From positions 1-61,486 of the forward strand of contig WQWP01000001.1 in the NCBI GenBank assembly GCA_009787485.1: a stretch of DNA of 61,486 nucleotides. Reading direction: 5' to 3'. Below are positions 43,280 to 52,710 of the stretch, piece after piece; position 1 is the first letter of the stretch; each line of letters begins with the position of its first letter. The notes below the pieces were generated by a model. It had not been told where the DNA came from. It was given only the letters and a program-made list of their open reading frames with translations, and searched no databases. A program made the translations under genes and the position numbers. Source of the stretch: Lentimicrobiaceae bacterium (GTDB lineage Bacteria; Bacteroidota; Bacteroidia; Bacteroidales; WCHB1-69).

Positions 43280-44053
43280 TTACTTCCAAATTTTCCAGGG
43301 TGCTTTCCCTTGGCTCCACAATTCGTTAAGTTCGGCGTTGTCTCGCAATGTATCCATAGGTTTCCAAAAACCAAAATGTTTATATGCATGTATTTGTCTG
43401 TCTTTCATCAGGCGGTCCATCGGCTCGCGTTCCAGCATTTCGTGGTCTCCTTCTAAATAATCAAACAGCTGAGGCTCACATACAAAGAAACCTGCATTGA
43501 TCCATGAAGCGCTTTCGGCAGGTTTTTCAGTAAAAGACTCTACTATATCTTGTTGATCAATATTGAGCACCCCAAGGCGAATGGTGTGCTGGTAAGCCGT
43601 CATAGTTAATATTTTTCCCGATTTTTTGTGTTTTTCAATCGTTTCGAGAATATCTACATCTGCTACGCCATCGCCGTAAGTGAGTAGAAAGGTTTCGTTT
43701 CCAACATATTGCTGTATGCGTTTAATACGTCCGCCGGTCATCGTTTCCAAACCGGTGTCCACCATCGTTACTTTCCAATTCTCAGAGTGGTTATTCAAAA
43801 TTTGCACACTGTTATCCGATAAATTCACCGTCATATCGCAATTATGTCGAAAATAATTGGCAAAATATTCTTTAATCATATATTGTTTATAGCCGCAACA
43901 GACGACAAACTCATTGATACCGTGCATGCTATAAATTTTCATGATATGCCATAAAATCGGTTTGCCTCCAATTTCCACCATGGGTTTTGGGATCATTGCC
44001 GTGGATTCACTCATTCGAGTTCCTAATCCACCGGCTAAAATCACTGCTTTCAT
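43280..44053 (-). CDS. rfbF: Glucose-1-phosphate cytidylyltransferase
   Basis: MKAVILAGGLGTRMSE...PKPMVEIGGKPILWHIMK, 257 aa. Confidence 0.9.
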   Translation of the reverse strand: MKAVILAGGLGTRMSESTAMIPKPMVEIGGKPILWHIMKIYSMHGINEFVVCCGYKQYMIKEYFANYFRHNCDMTVNLSDNSVQILNNHSENWKVTMVDTGLETMTGGRIKRIQQYVGNETFLLTYGDGVADVDILETIEKHKKSGKILTMTAYQHTIRLGVLNIDQQDIVESFTEKPAESASWINAGFFVCEPQLFDYLEGDHEMLEREPMDRLMKDRQIHAYKHFGFWKPMDTLRDNAELNELWSQGKAPWKIWK

Positions 44054-44142
44054 ACAAGTTTAATTTGATGCGCGAAAATACAAGTTTTTCAATATTTTCG
44101 CAACGTTAAAACATCACTAAAAAATTCTATCTGATTCCGTAC

Positions 44143-45303
44143 ATGAAAAAGAAAAAAAAATCGCCCTTTTCTTTCAAAAAATTTCTGATTATTCTCTTAT
44201 TTCTTGCGAATTGTGTAGCGGCGTTAGGATTACTCCTTGCATTTTTAGCACAAATTCTACCTCCTACAGGATATAGCATCATTGCATTTTGCGGCTTAGG
44301 TTTTATATACATTTTAATTATTAATGCACTTTTTGTAGTTCTGTGGATTCCCATAAGATACCCGCTCGCTTTACTTTCTCTTTCATTAATTTTGTTAAAT
44401 GTGGGCACTGTTGATAAACATTTTCAGCTTAAAGGGGCAGAAAAACCGCCCAGATGTGTCAATTGTGTCAAAGTAATGAGTTATAATGTAAAATTGTTCG
44501 GGTTATACGATACCGAAAATAAAAAATTGCGCGAACGAAGAAAAAACGAAATTCTAAGTTTTATCAATGAAGAACAACCAGACATCGTGTGTTTTCAAGA
44601 ATATTTTTACGATAAATCGAAAAAATTAAACTTTAACACCACCGATACGTTGCTTTCCATTTTAAAATTGAAAGATAAAAATCATCATTTTGAGTATTTT
44701 ACTGCAAGTAGAAATGATGAGTTTTTTTATGGATTGGCAACATTTTCCAAACACAAAATTGTAGGAAAAGGCACGGTAGAAATGCCCGACAGTACTGTAA
44801 TTGCCACTTATATCGAATTTAAGCATAAAAACGACACCGTTCGTGTTTATAATTGCCATTTAGCTTCCATTCATTTTGAAGATGAAGATTATGAGATTGG
44901 TAAACAATTGATTATTAATCGTATGAATGACCCGAAATGGCAGAAAAAAGTAAATATTTTGTACGAAAAATTAAGACTTGCTTATGAGATTAGAAAAGAT
45001 CAGGCAAAAGTATTCAAAAAACATCTTAAAAGTTGCCCACATTATGTGATCGTTTGCGGAGATTTGAACGACTCGCCGGCTTCCTTTGCCTATAACAAAG
45101 TAGCCGGCAGTTTAAAAGATTCTTTCAGAGAAAGCGGCAAGGGAATGGGCAGAACTTATTCGGGAGAAACTTTTCCCAATTTCAGAATTGATTACATTTT
45201 GCATGACAAAGCTTATAAATCTTACGGACACACGGTTTGCACAGATATTTCAATATCAGACCACTACCCTATTTATACGTGGATATCGTTATTGCGGAAT
45301 TAA
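44143..45303 (+). CDS. Membrane-anchored endonuclease/exonuclease/phosphatase (EEP) family protein
   Basis: Three or four N-terminal TM helices, then an EEP pattern (VMSYNV, CFQE, GDLND, SDHYP). Confidence 0.8.
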   Translation: MKKKKKSPFSFKKFLIILLFLANCVAALGLLLAFLAQILPPTGYSIIAFCGLGFIYILIINALFVVLWIPIRYPLALLSLSLILLNVGTVDKHFQLKGAEKPPRCVNCVKVMSYNVKLFGLYDTENKKLRERRKNEILSFINEEQPDIVCFQEYFYDKSKKLNFNTTDTLLSILKLKDKNHHFEYFTASRNDEFFYGLATFSKHKIVGKGTVEMPDSTVIATYIEFKHKNDTVRVYNCHLASIHFEDEDYEIGKQLIINRMNDPKWQKKVNILYEKLRLAYEIRKDQAKVFKKHLKSCPHYVIVCGDLNDSPASFAYNKVAGSLKDSFRESGKGMGRTYSGETFPNFRIDYILHDKAYKSYGHTVCTDISISDHYPIYTWISLLRN

Positions 45304-45327
45304 TTTTAAACAATAAACCTTTATATT

Positions 45328-46323
45328 ATGAAAAAAAACGCTCTTTATTTTAGTTTTCTGCTACTATTAACAACATTATTGCTTTTTTCATGCAAAAAAA
45401 GCGGTATAAGAGGAATAAAAATAGATAATTTTTCCAGCGGCAAAGCAGGCGAGGTCATTTTGGTGTTAGACAAAAAATACGCCTCAGAATCTGTATTGAG
45501 TTATATTGAAGAAGTGCTTGGCCAGCCACAACCTGCACTCAATCAAATTGAACCCATGTTTGATGTGCTACGTTTTGATAATAAAGAGTTCTCATCTCAT
45601 TTTCAACGCCACAGAGGCATCGTTCAATTTGATATAAATCCAAAATTTGCTTCCAATACATTTAATATGGAAGAAAATGTATGGGCAAGACCACAAGTGC
45701 ATATCCATTTGAGAGGCAATAATGTGGATAGTTTGTTGGCGCTCTTTAAACAAAACGAAAATGAAATTATTGAAGCGCTTTATACTAACGACTTAAAAAG
45801 AGTTCAGTATTTTATTGCCACCAGAAATGATGCCTATATTGAGAAAAAAATAAAAGAAAAATTCGGCATTCAGGTTACGATTCCCAATACTTACAGCATA
45901 GCTCGTGAAGAGGAAGATTTTATGTGGCTTCGTTTTCGTACCATACGCAACGACCGGTTTATTATCATTTATAAAACCCCCGGCAACGATTTATCAAGAC
46001 GAGGTCTGATTGATGCCCGCAATGAAAAAACCAAAGCCTTTATTCCTGGGGCTGTACTGGGCGCGTATCCAATTGTTGCTGAGGTATATCAATTTCCATT
46101 ATACAATAAAAATGTAACGATTGGAACGATCGCCGGCGCTGAATTAAGAGGGCTTTGGGAAAGTGTGAATGATAAAATGGGCGGGCCTTTTTACCACTTC
46201 TCTTTTTTGGATAAAGCTAATGAAAATGTAATTTCTGTAGATGGTTTCGTCTATGCTCCTGAAGAAGACAAACGCGATTATCTGCGTGAAATAGAAGCAA
46301 TTGTAAAAACGGTAAAGTTTTAA
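45328..46323 (+). CDS. Hypothetical lipoprotein (possibly DUF4837)
   Basis: Lipobox LLLFSCKKS, 331 aa. The family name is from memory only. Confidence 0.5.
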   Translation: MKKNALYFSFLLLLTTLLLFSCKKSGIRGIKIDNFSSGKAGEVILVLDKKYASESVLSYIEEVLGQPQPALNQIEPMFDVLRFDNKEFSSHFQRHRGIVQFDINPKFASNTFNMEENVWARPQVHIHLRGNNVDSLLALFKQNENEIIEALYTNDLKRVQYFIATRNDAYIEKKIKEKFGIQVTIPNTYSIAREEEDFMWLRFRTIRNDRFIIIYKTPGNDLSRRGLIDARNEKTKAFIPGAVLGAYPIVAEVYQFPLYNKNVTIGTIAGAELRGLWESVNDKMGGPFYHFSFLDKANENVISVDGFVYAPEEDKRDYLREIEAIVKTVKF

Positions 46324-48296
46324 TATTTTACCAATTTCAAGCATTCGCTCAAAATTCTACAAAAATATATCCCATTCGGTTGGTCAGATATATCAATCAA
46401 TGAATTTTCCAAATTTCCGGTTTTTATTACTTGACCAAAAGCATTATAAATAACGTAACCGGTATTATAAAAATCAATAATATCACGATTAATAATCTGA
46501 AATTGCCCTTGGTTTGGGTTGGGCGCAATGAAAAATCTGTTACTTTTTTTTTCCGGCGTATGGATAGAATTGCCATCAATGGAAACGCCACGTAACGTAA
46601 TGTTATCGAAGCGATTATTGCCGGTTGGACCGGTAGCGCCGTCTAACGTTAAACGTAAAAAAACTTCATATTGGTCGTTCAAATCATCTATATTTCTCAA
46701 ATCTAAAGTGGTCAACACAAAATCTCCGGCTATAAGTGGGCAAGTAGCAGTACTTTCAATCAGCATGTAATTTTCACCATCTAAACTCCACTCCCATTCG
46801 TGCGAGTTAAATCCGGTAGCCGTTCTTTGTACTGCCATACTGAGAGCCAAATTAAAATATCCTTTTGTAGGAAATTTGAGAACCACCGATTTTCCGTTTG
46901 CAGTGGTATTGGCAAAAGCAATGGCTCTTCCTGCTCTGGGGTTGGGGCGCGGATCTCCCACTACGGTGCCGTTAAAAGCATCTAACTCAGTAGCATTGCC
47001 TGGGGCGGATAAAAGCACACTCGATTGATAAGTACCATCACAAAACAAAACAGCTTCGGAAACCGTATCCAACAACAAATGGTAATCGGCAGCTATTCTG
47101 TTCGGTGTATTCGGTTTGGAGGGCAAATTGTCGAAAGTCCAAGCCAGCAGCGGTATTTGCTCCACTTTGTAAGGATATAAAAACGAAATCACGGTATCCT
47201 TTATAAAAGCCATGTTTTGCGCCAATACATGCCGGATAGACAAATTGTAAGTTACATTTTGAGAGAATAAACCGCCGAGATGCAACACTAATGTGTCGTT
47301 TAAATAATGCAGCGAAGTAACCGATACTGTTTCGCCGATGTAATAATTTCGTGGATTTTCAGCGGTCCATCCTACCATTGGCTGGGTAAAGGTCATTTTT
47401 AAAGTTCGATTATCCGTAAGTGCAAACCACTTAATTTTAGGGTTTTCGGGAAGCGCTTCCGGAGTAATTTGCAGAGGGTTTATAGAATCGCCGCCCCAAA
47501 TTTTAGACACCCATTCCGGATGATCTATAAAAGGGTTTCTGTTTTTCTGTATCGCATAAATGGCATTATTCCGGTCTATCTCTTTTTGACTTACCGGGTC
47601 TAACTGATGCCATTCCATGAACATATTCAACGCCCAAGGTTGCAATTGCGATTTGAAAGTCATGGGAGATTCCGCTTGAAAACCGCCATCTTCAAACATG
47701 TAACGTGCTGCCATGTAGAAAAATGAGCGGGCAAGATCGCCTTTATACTCATCTATCGGCTCATAACAAGTAACACTCGGAGCGCCGGGATAAGTATTGA
47801 TTCCCATTTTTGAGCCATTTTTAAAAGTGAGGGAAGGATTATCTATTTGTCCGTATGGATTATTGCTCCTTTTGGTATTTATCCATCCATCAACAGGATA
47901 GAGGTGGAAAATATCGGTATAGGGCGCCGCTTGCCCGCCTCCAAACCAGCTTTGGCAAAACGAATGCTCGCGTGTGTAACATTTCCCTTCTTCGTTGCCG
48001 ATATTTATACATTGGTCTGTTCTAAATATAAACTCATACGCCGGCGTTCCTTGCGGATTATCGGAATAAATATCCCAAATTGTTCCATTTGGTTTTAAAT
48101 CAGTAAATTGATAATATATCCAAACCTCCGCGTAGGTAACACTTCTGTGATTGTTTATAATTTGATTTAATGCAATTTGAAGTTCCTTCCCTTTTTTCCC
48201 ATTCACCGTATTGTAGTACCCTGAAGGAATTTGTGCATAAATTTGTACAAAAAGTGCAAGAAAAAAGCAGAAAAGTGTAAAAATGTGTTTTCTCAT
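46320..48296 (-). CDS. Secreted endonuclease I family nuclease with a T9SS C-terminal sorting domain
   Basis: Start set to MRKHIFTLFCFFLALFVQIYAQ (48296). Endonuclease_1 motifs are YTREHSFCQSWF and DIFHLYPVDGWINTKRSNNPYG. The C-terminal PNPNQGQF...GIYFCRI tail is T9SS type A-like. Confidence 0.82.
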   Translation of the reverse strand: MRKHIFTLFCFFLALFVQIYAQIPSGYYNTVNGKKGKELQIALNQIINNHRSVTYAEVWIYYQFTDLKPNGTIWDIYSDNPQGTPAYEFIFRTDQCINIGNEEGKCYTREHSFCQSWFGGGQAAPYTDIFHLYPVDGWINTKRSNNPYGQIDNPSLTFKNGSKMGINTYPGAPSVTCYEPIDEYKGDLARSFFYMAARYMFEDGGFQAESPMTFKSQLQPWALNMFMEWHQLDPVSQKEIDRNNAIYAIQKNRNPFIDHPEWVSKIWGGDSINPLQITPEALPENPKIKWFALTDNRTLKMTFTQPMVGWTAENPRNYYIGETVSVTSLHYLNDTLVLHLGGLFSQNVTYNLSIRHVLAQNMAFIKDTVISFLYPYKVEQIPLLAWTFDNLPSKPNTPNRIAADYHLLLDTVSEAVLFCDGTYQSSVLLSAPGNATELDAFNGTVVGDPRPNPRAGRAIAFANTTANGKSVVLKFPTKGYFNLALSMAVQRTATGFNSHEWEWSLDGENYMLIESTATCPLIAGDFVLTTLDLRNIDDLNDQYEVFLRLTLDGATGPTGNNRFDNITLRGVSIDGNSIHTPEKKSNRFFIAPNPNQGQFQIINRDIIDFYNTGYVIYNAFGQVIKTGNLENSLIDISDQPNGIYFCRILSECLKLVKY

Positions 48297-48428
48297 GATA
48301 AAAAGTATGCGCGAATAAACATAAAATTTTGCTACTTCTGCATAGATGGATAAAATTATCAAGGCAAACGCATTAATTTTTTTCTACTATTTTCGCGGCA
48401 ATTTTTAACAAACACATTTTATTTTGAA

Positions 48429-48971
48429 ATGATGGAAAAAGAACTGACCGTAGGCACAAGAGTAAGCCATGAAAAATATGGCGAAGGCATCATCAGCAAG
48501 AATAATACAATGACTTATAAGGTTATTTTTGTAAGAGGAGGCGAAATAGAGTTTTCTAAAATGGGCGCAAAGTTTGAGGTGGTGGAAGAAAATCCGCAAG
48601 AGGATGACGGAAACCCCAAAATCAATATGAAAGAGGTAGAAATGATGTTGAAATATGTGTTAGACAAATTTAACGGATTGCATTACAAAATAGACTTAGG
48701 GAAAAAGTGGGATAACGGCATCATGATTCTGCAACCCGGCAACAAAGATTTGAAACCCAAAGAGATTCCTATAGACACTTTCTTTCACAAAATTGTGATG
48801 TTGCGCGACAGGCTCAGGGTGCTCGAGCAAAACATTAACAGTCACGCCGGTTTGAGCGATGAGGAAAAAGTAAATCTGCAACAATATATTACCCGTTGCT
48901 ACGGAAGTTTAACTACATTTAATATCCTTTTTGATGATAAAGAGGATTTTTTTGTGGGCAGTAAAAGCTAA
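48429..48971 (+). CDS. Hypothetical protein
   Basis: 180-aa ORF. The N-terminal VGTRVSHEKYGEGII resembles the small beta-barrel found at UvrD/PcrA C-termini. I recognise no family. Confidence 0.45.
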   Translation: MMEKELTVGTRVSHEKYGEGIISKNNTMTYKVIFVRGGEIEFSKMGAKFEVVEENPQEDDGNPKINMKEVEMMLKYVLDKFNGLHYKIDLGKKWDNGIMILQPGNKDLKPKEIPIDTFFHKIVMLRDRLRVLEQNINSHAGLSDEEKVNLQQYITRCYGSLTTFNILFDDKEDFFVGSKS

Positions 48972-48998
48972 ATAATTATTTATAAACATAAAACATTT

Positions 48999-50279
48999 AT
49001 GAAAAGAGATTCTCAAGTTTTTGAATTAATTCAGGAAGAACGCAATCGCCAAACACATGGCATTGAGCTGATTGCATCTGAAAATTTTGTAAGCGACCAG
49101 GTAATGGAAGCGCAAGGCTCGATATTAACCAATAAATATGCCGAAGGGTATCCGGGAAAAAGGTATTACGGCGGCTGTCAGGTGGTAGATAAAACTGAGC
49201 AGCTTGCCATTGACCGCGCCAAAGCGTTGTTTGGTGCGGAATGGGCAAACGTGCAGCCGCACTCCGGCGCACAAGCCAACATGGCGGTATTGCTCACTTG
49301 CCTCAAACCCGGCGATACGTTTATGGGGTTGGATTTGTCGCACGGCGGACATTTATCGCACGGCTCGCCCGTAAACTCATCGGGCATTTTATACAAAGCA
49401 GTGGCTTATTGTGTAGAAGAAGAAACCGGCATGATTAATTATGATAAAATGGAGGAGGTGGCGCTTCGCGAACGTCCGAAGTTGATTATTGGCGGCGCTT
49501 CGGCTTACTCCCGCGATTGGGATTGGCAACGGATGCGCGAAATTGCCGACAAAATCGGCGCCATCCTCATGGGCGATATTTCGCATCCTGCCGGCTTGAT
49601 TGCCAAGGGCTTGCTGAACAATCCGGTGCCTTACTGCCACATTATCACTACCACTACGCACAAAACGTTGCGGGGACCGCGCGGAGGGCTCATTCTCATG
49701 GGTAAAGATTTTCCAAACCCGTGGGGGTTAACTACGCCCAAAGGGGAAATTAAAATGATGTCGCAATTGTTAGATTCTGCTGTTTTCCCGGGCATACAGG
49801 GCGGCCCGCTTGAGCATGTGATTGCGGCAAAAGCCGTAGCTTTCGGGGAAGCACTATCCGATTCTTATCTGGAATATATTAAACAAGTGGCGAAAAACGC
49901 ACAAGCCATGTCGAAAGCATTTACCGACAGAGGGTACAAAGTAATTAGCGGCGGCACCGATAATCACTTAATGTTAATAGATTTACGTTCAAAATTTCCG
50001 GAAATTACAGGAAAGCAAGTAGAGAACACCTTAGTATTGGCAGACATCACTATTAATAAGAACATGGTGCCTTTTGATAGCCGCACGCCGTTTAGCACTT
50101 CGGGAATTAGAGTAGGCACGCCGGCGATAACCTCGCGCGGGCTGAAAGAGCACGAAATGGAAGCTGTTGTGGAGTTGATAGATGAAGTGATTTCCAATAT
50201 TAATAATGAAGAATTGATTGCAAAAGTTGCTGAAAAGGTAAAGGCGATGATGGCGCACAGGCCGTTGTTTGCCTGGTAG
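48999..50279 (+). CDS. glyA: Serine hydroxymethyltransferase
   Basis: [22 protein letters not shown], and [14 protein letters not shown] (PLP lysine). Confidence 0.97.
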   Translation: MKRDSQVFELIQEERNRQTHGIELIASENFVSDQVMEAQGSILTNKYAEGYPGKRYYGGCQVVDKTEQLAIDRAKALFGAEWANVQPHSGAQANMAVLLTCLKPGDTFMGLDLSHGGHLSHGSPVNSSGILYKAVAYCVEEETGMINYDKMEEVALRERPKLIIGGASAYSRDWDWQRMREIADKIGAILMGDISHPAGLIAKGLLNNPVPYCHIITTTTHKTLRGPRGGLILMGKDFPNPWGLTTPKGEIKMMSQLLDSAVFPGIQGGPLEHVIAAKAVAFGEALSDSYLEYIKQVAKNAQAMSKAFTDRGYKVISGGTDNHLMLIDLRSKFPEITGKQVENTLVLADITINKNMVPFDSRTPFSTSGIRVGTPAITSRGLKEHEMEAVVELIDEVISNINNEELIAKVAEKVKAMMAHRPLFAW

Positions 50280-50284
50280 GTTTT

Positions 50285-50344
50285 TCTCGCAAAGGCGCAG
50301 AGGCGCAAAGAAAAAAAACTTTGCGCCTCTGCGCCTTTGCGAGA
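50285..50344 (+). terminator. Perfect 26-bp-stem hairpin after glyA (repeat-derived, putative terminator)
   Basis: tctcgcaaaggcgcagaggcgcaaag-aaaaaaaa-ctttgcgcctctgcgcctttgcgaga. There is no downstream T-tract. Confidence 0.55.
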
Positions 50345-50382
50345 TACTATACGAAAATTACGGATCAACCGTTTGTAAGCGT

Positions 50383-50955
50383 ATGAAATCATTACTCCAC
50401 GTTAAACCCACGCTTTTAAAGCCCGCTATGGGCAGAATTTTAATTTCCGTTCCCTACTATAACGACCCGTTTTTTAATCGCAGCGTGGTCTTACTCATTG
50501 AAAAAGATGAGGAAAATTGTGTAGGTTTAATTATCAATCAGGAGTTAAGCTGCACAGTTCGGCAAGCCGTGTCGGGGGTAAAAATAGATATGCCCGTATT
50601 TGCCGGCGGTCCCATCATGTACCATACCGCTTTTGCGTTGCATAATTTTGAAAACTGCAAAGAATCGGAAGAAATTTTGCCGCATGTTTATACCGGATAC
50701 GACAATATCTTGCTGGCAATTTTTGAATATAACGCCATTCCCAAAATGGATTTCAAGTTCTTCATCGGTTACTCAGGGTGGTCGCCCGGGCAATTGGAAG
50801 ATGAGATTAGCAAGAAAATGTGGGTTGTAGGAGAAGGCAACGAGGAGCTTGTTTTAAAGACGCCCACTTCAAAGGTTTGGGAGCGCGCTGTGCAAGGTCT
50901 TGGGAAGGAGTATGCGCATTGGTTGGATGTGCCGAAGAATATTCATGATAATTAG
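50383..50955 (+). CDS. YqgE/AlgH family (UPF0301) protein
   Basis: Start set to the ATG at 50383. GRILISVPYYNDPFFNRSVVLLIEKDEENCVGLIINQ is the family signature. The upstream ORF extension runs through the hairpin. Confidence 0.82.
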   Translation: MKSLLHVKPTLLKPAMGRILISVPYYNDPFFNRSVVLLIEKDEENCVGLIINQELSCTVRQAVSGVKIDMPVFAGGPIMYHTAFALHNFENCKESEEILPHVYTGYDNILLAIFEYNAIPKMDFKFFIGYSGWSPGQLEDEISKKMWVVGEGNEELVLKTPTSKVWERAVQGLGKEYAHWLDVPKNIHDN

Positions 50956-51012
50956 CACACAGATTTGAGTGGTTAAAGGGAGGTTGTTATTTTTTTTAGA
51001 CACTTATACACT

Positions 51013-52290
51013 TTAATAATCTTTTATTTCAAAGGCTTTACAACCTTTCTCTTTAATTTCTTTTATAAGTTCAACACAAGGGTCTGTTCCGCTTCTTCTA
51101 TCTAAAACTCTTCTTTTAGGATTAATCAAAAGCAGTTGAGGAACTGAATGGATATAGTATGTTGAAGAATACAAATATTTTCCTTCATTAATTTTATCGC
51201 AAATTGCTTTCCATGGAATATTATAATCATTTATATACTTGATAAATGCCGCGCTGTCTCTTTCCTGGTTTACGCTGATAATTGTTATTTCGGGGTGCTG
51301 TTGATGGAAAACAAGAAGAGAGTCTAATACGGGTTTACAAGGGCGACACCAGGAGCCGGTAAAAAACACTAATGTATAATCGGACAATGAACTCAATTCC
51401 GGCGTATCAGCAAAATAATTACCTCTGTTTGTACCGATTTCATCATCTTCTAATCTTTTCAATTCCAACGTTTTGTTATAGATGTCAAAATCTTCAAACA
51501 CATATTTGTGGTTTCTAATCTGAAAAGTTTGTCCTAATATGATTGGGGCATAAAAGTTCATCGCTTTGTTTGAGCACCACCCAAGGATTCCAATTCCGGT
51601 TTTTGTATAGAGTTGGTCAAAGTTTTGAGCATATAAATCTACCCAAATCGTATCAACGTCATCTATAAAAAAACCTTGATAAGAAATATTTACGTAAATT
51701 TTAATTTGTAGTGAATCTGCAATAACATTATCTCCAGTACAAGAAGAGCCTATATTATTTGCTATTCCAATAGGTACCTGCTTTGCAATAGAATTTTCTA
51801 TCGGGTCAACAGGAATGCTGAGATTTGTAAAAAAACGGTTATTATTCGATATACTGTCGTTCGTGTTAAAAGTAAAAACTTGCTCATTCACAAAAGAATC
51901 GTCAAAATCGGTATCAAGAATACAATGTTTGATTCCATTTTGCATGTAAATCAGAACATTTAGCCATGTTTTATGTAGCTTATTATAAGCAAATTGCATG
52001 GTGTCAATGTCATCTTTTTTAACTCTATTTTGATATTCTAACAACCTTTCTTCGTTCCGATGGCGATTATTGTATAAGGAATGAGGATAACTTATACTTA
52101 AATAACCAATTACGAAGTCTTCTATCCCTTCCGGTATTTTATACTGAGACACATCTTTATCTTCATAAAGAGATGCTGAGGAAATTAGCTTATCAGGTTC
52201 CTGTTTTTGAAGGGAAATAATTTGCTTTTGCGCGAAGCATTGTAGTGAAAAACAAATTGTTATTAATACAATTGAGGTTAGTTTACTCAT
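51013..52290 (-). CDS. Secreted TlpA/ResA-like thiol-disulfide oxidoreductase with a large N-terminal domain
   Basis: Signal peptide ending CFAQ, and a thioredoxin motif FFTGSWCRPCKPV in the C-terminal third. Confidence 0.78.
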   Translation of the reverse strand: MSKLTSIVLITICFSLQCFAQKQIISLQKQEPDKLISSASLYEDKDVSQYKIPEGIEDFVIGYLSISYPHSLYNNRHRNEERLLEYQNRVKKDDIDTMQFAYNKLHKTWLNVLIYMQNGIKHCILDTDFDDSFVNEQVFTFNTNDSISNNNRFFTNLSIPVDPIENSIAKQVPIGIANNIGSSCTGDNVIADSLQIKIYVNISYQGFFIDDVDTIWVDLYAQNFDQLYTKTGIGILGWCSNKAMNFYAPIILGQTFQIRNHKYVFEDFDIYNKTLELKRLEDDEIGTNRGNYFADTPELSSLSDYTLVFFTGSWCRPCKPVLDSLLVFHQQHPEITIISVNQERDSAAFIKYINDYNIPWKAICDKINEGKYLYSSTYYIHSVPQLLLINPKRRVLDRRSGTDPCVELIKEIKEKGCKAFEIKDY

Positions 52291-52468
52291 ACTATTAAAG
52301 CTTAAATTTTGCTTGCAAAGATAAAAAAACCTAATTAATTTGATAATATTAAATAGGTTTTTTCAAGAGTAATAATTACTTCAAAGAATGAATCATCACT
52401 TAATTGTATCTGTAGGTATTGTTGCTCCGCCTTCAGGAGTTGCGGCTGCCCTTTTATTTGTGGCGTAG

Positions 52469-52679
52469 TTCCGCAGGGACGTCATTTTATTAACCGTATG
52501 CAAGCGAAGCGCAGCTTACGGACAAGGCGATACGGGTATGCTAAAAAGCCTCGCATGAGGCGACACTATTGATACTGAAGTGTCGCCCCATGCGGGGCTA
52601 TAATGGTATGCACGGTCTTCTGCTCCGTAGGTTACGCTTCGCTTCACCTACGGTTAATCAAGTGTTTTCCCTGCGGGAA
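52469..52679. repeat. GC-rich imperfect foldback, about 100-bp arms and a 13-nt loop, built from REP-like hairpins
   Basis: The left arm ttccgcaggga...ccgtatgcaagcgaagcgcagcttacgg...cgcatgaggcgacac pairs with gtgtcgccccatgcg...ccgtaggttacgcttcgcttcacctacgg...ttccctgcgggaa. Confidence 0.85.
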
Positions 52680-52710
52680 AAATGTTAAAAAATCAACAAG
52701 ACAGTTTTTG

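Noticed and set aside
49125-50392. Multiple 60-140-aa ORFs antisense to or overlapping glyA (e.g. 49964..50392, 49389..49661)
   Set aside because: They are embedded in the strongly supported glyA frame, and the 49964..50392 ORF additionally reads through the terminator hairpin. They show no recognisable motifs.
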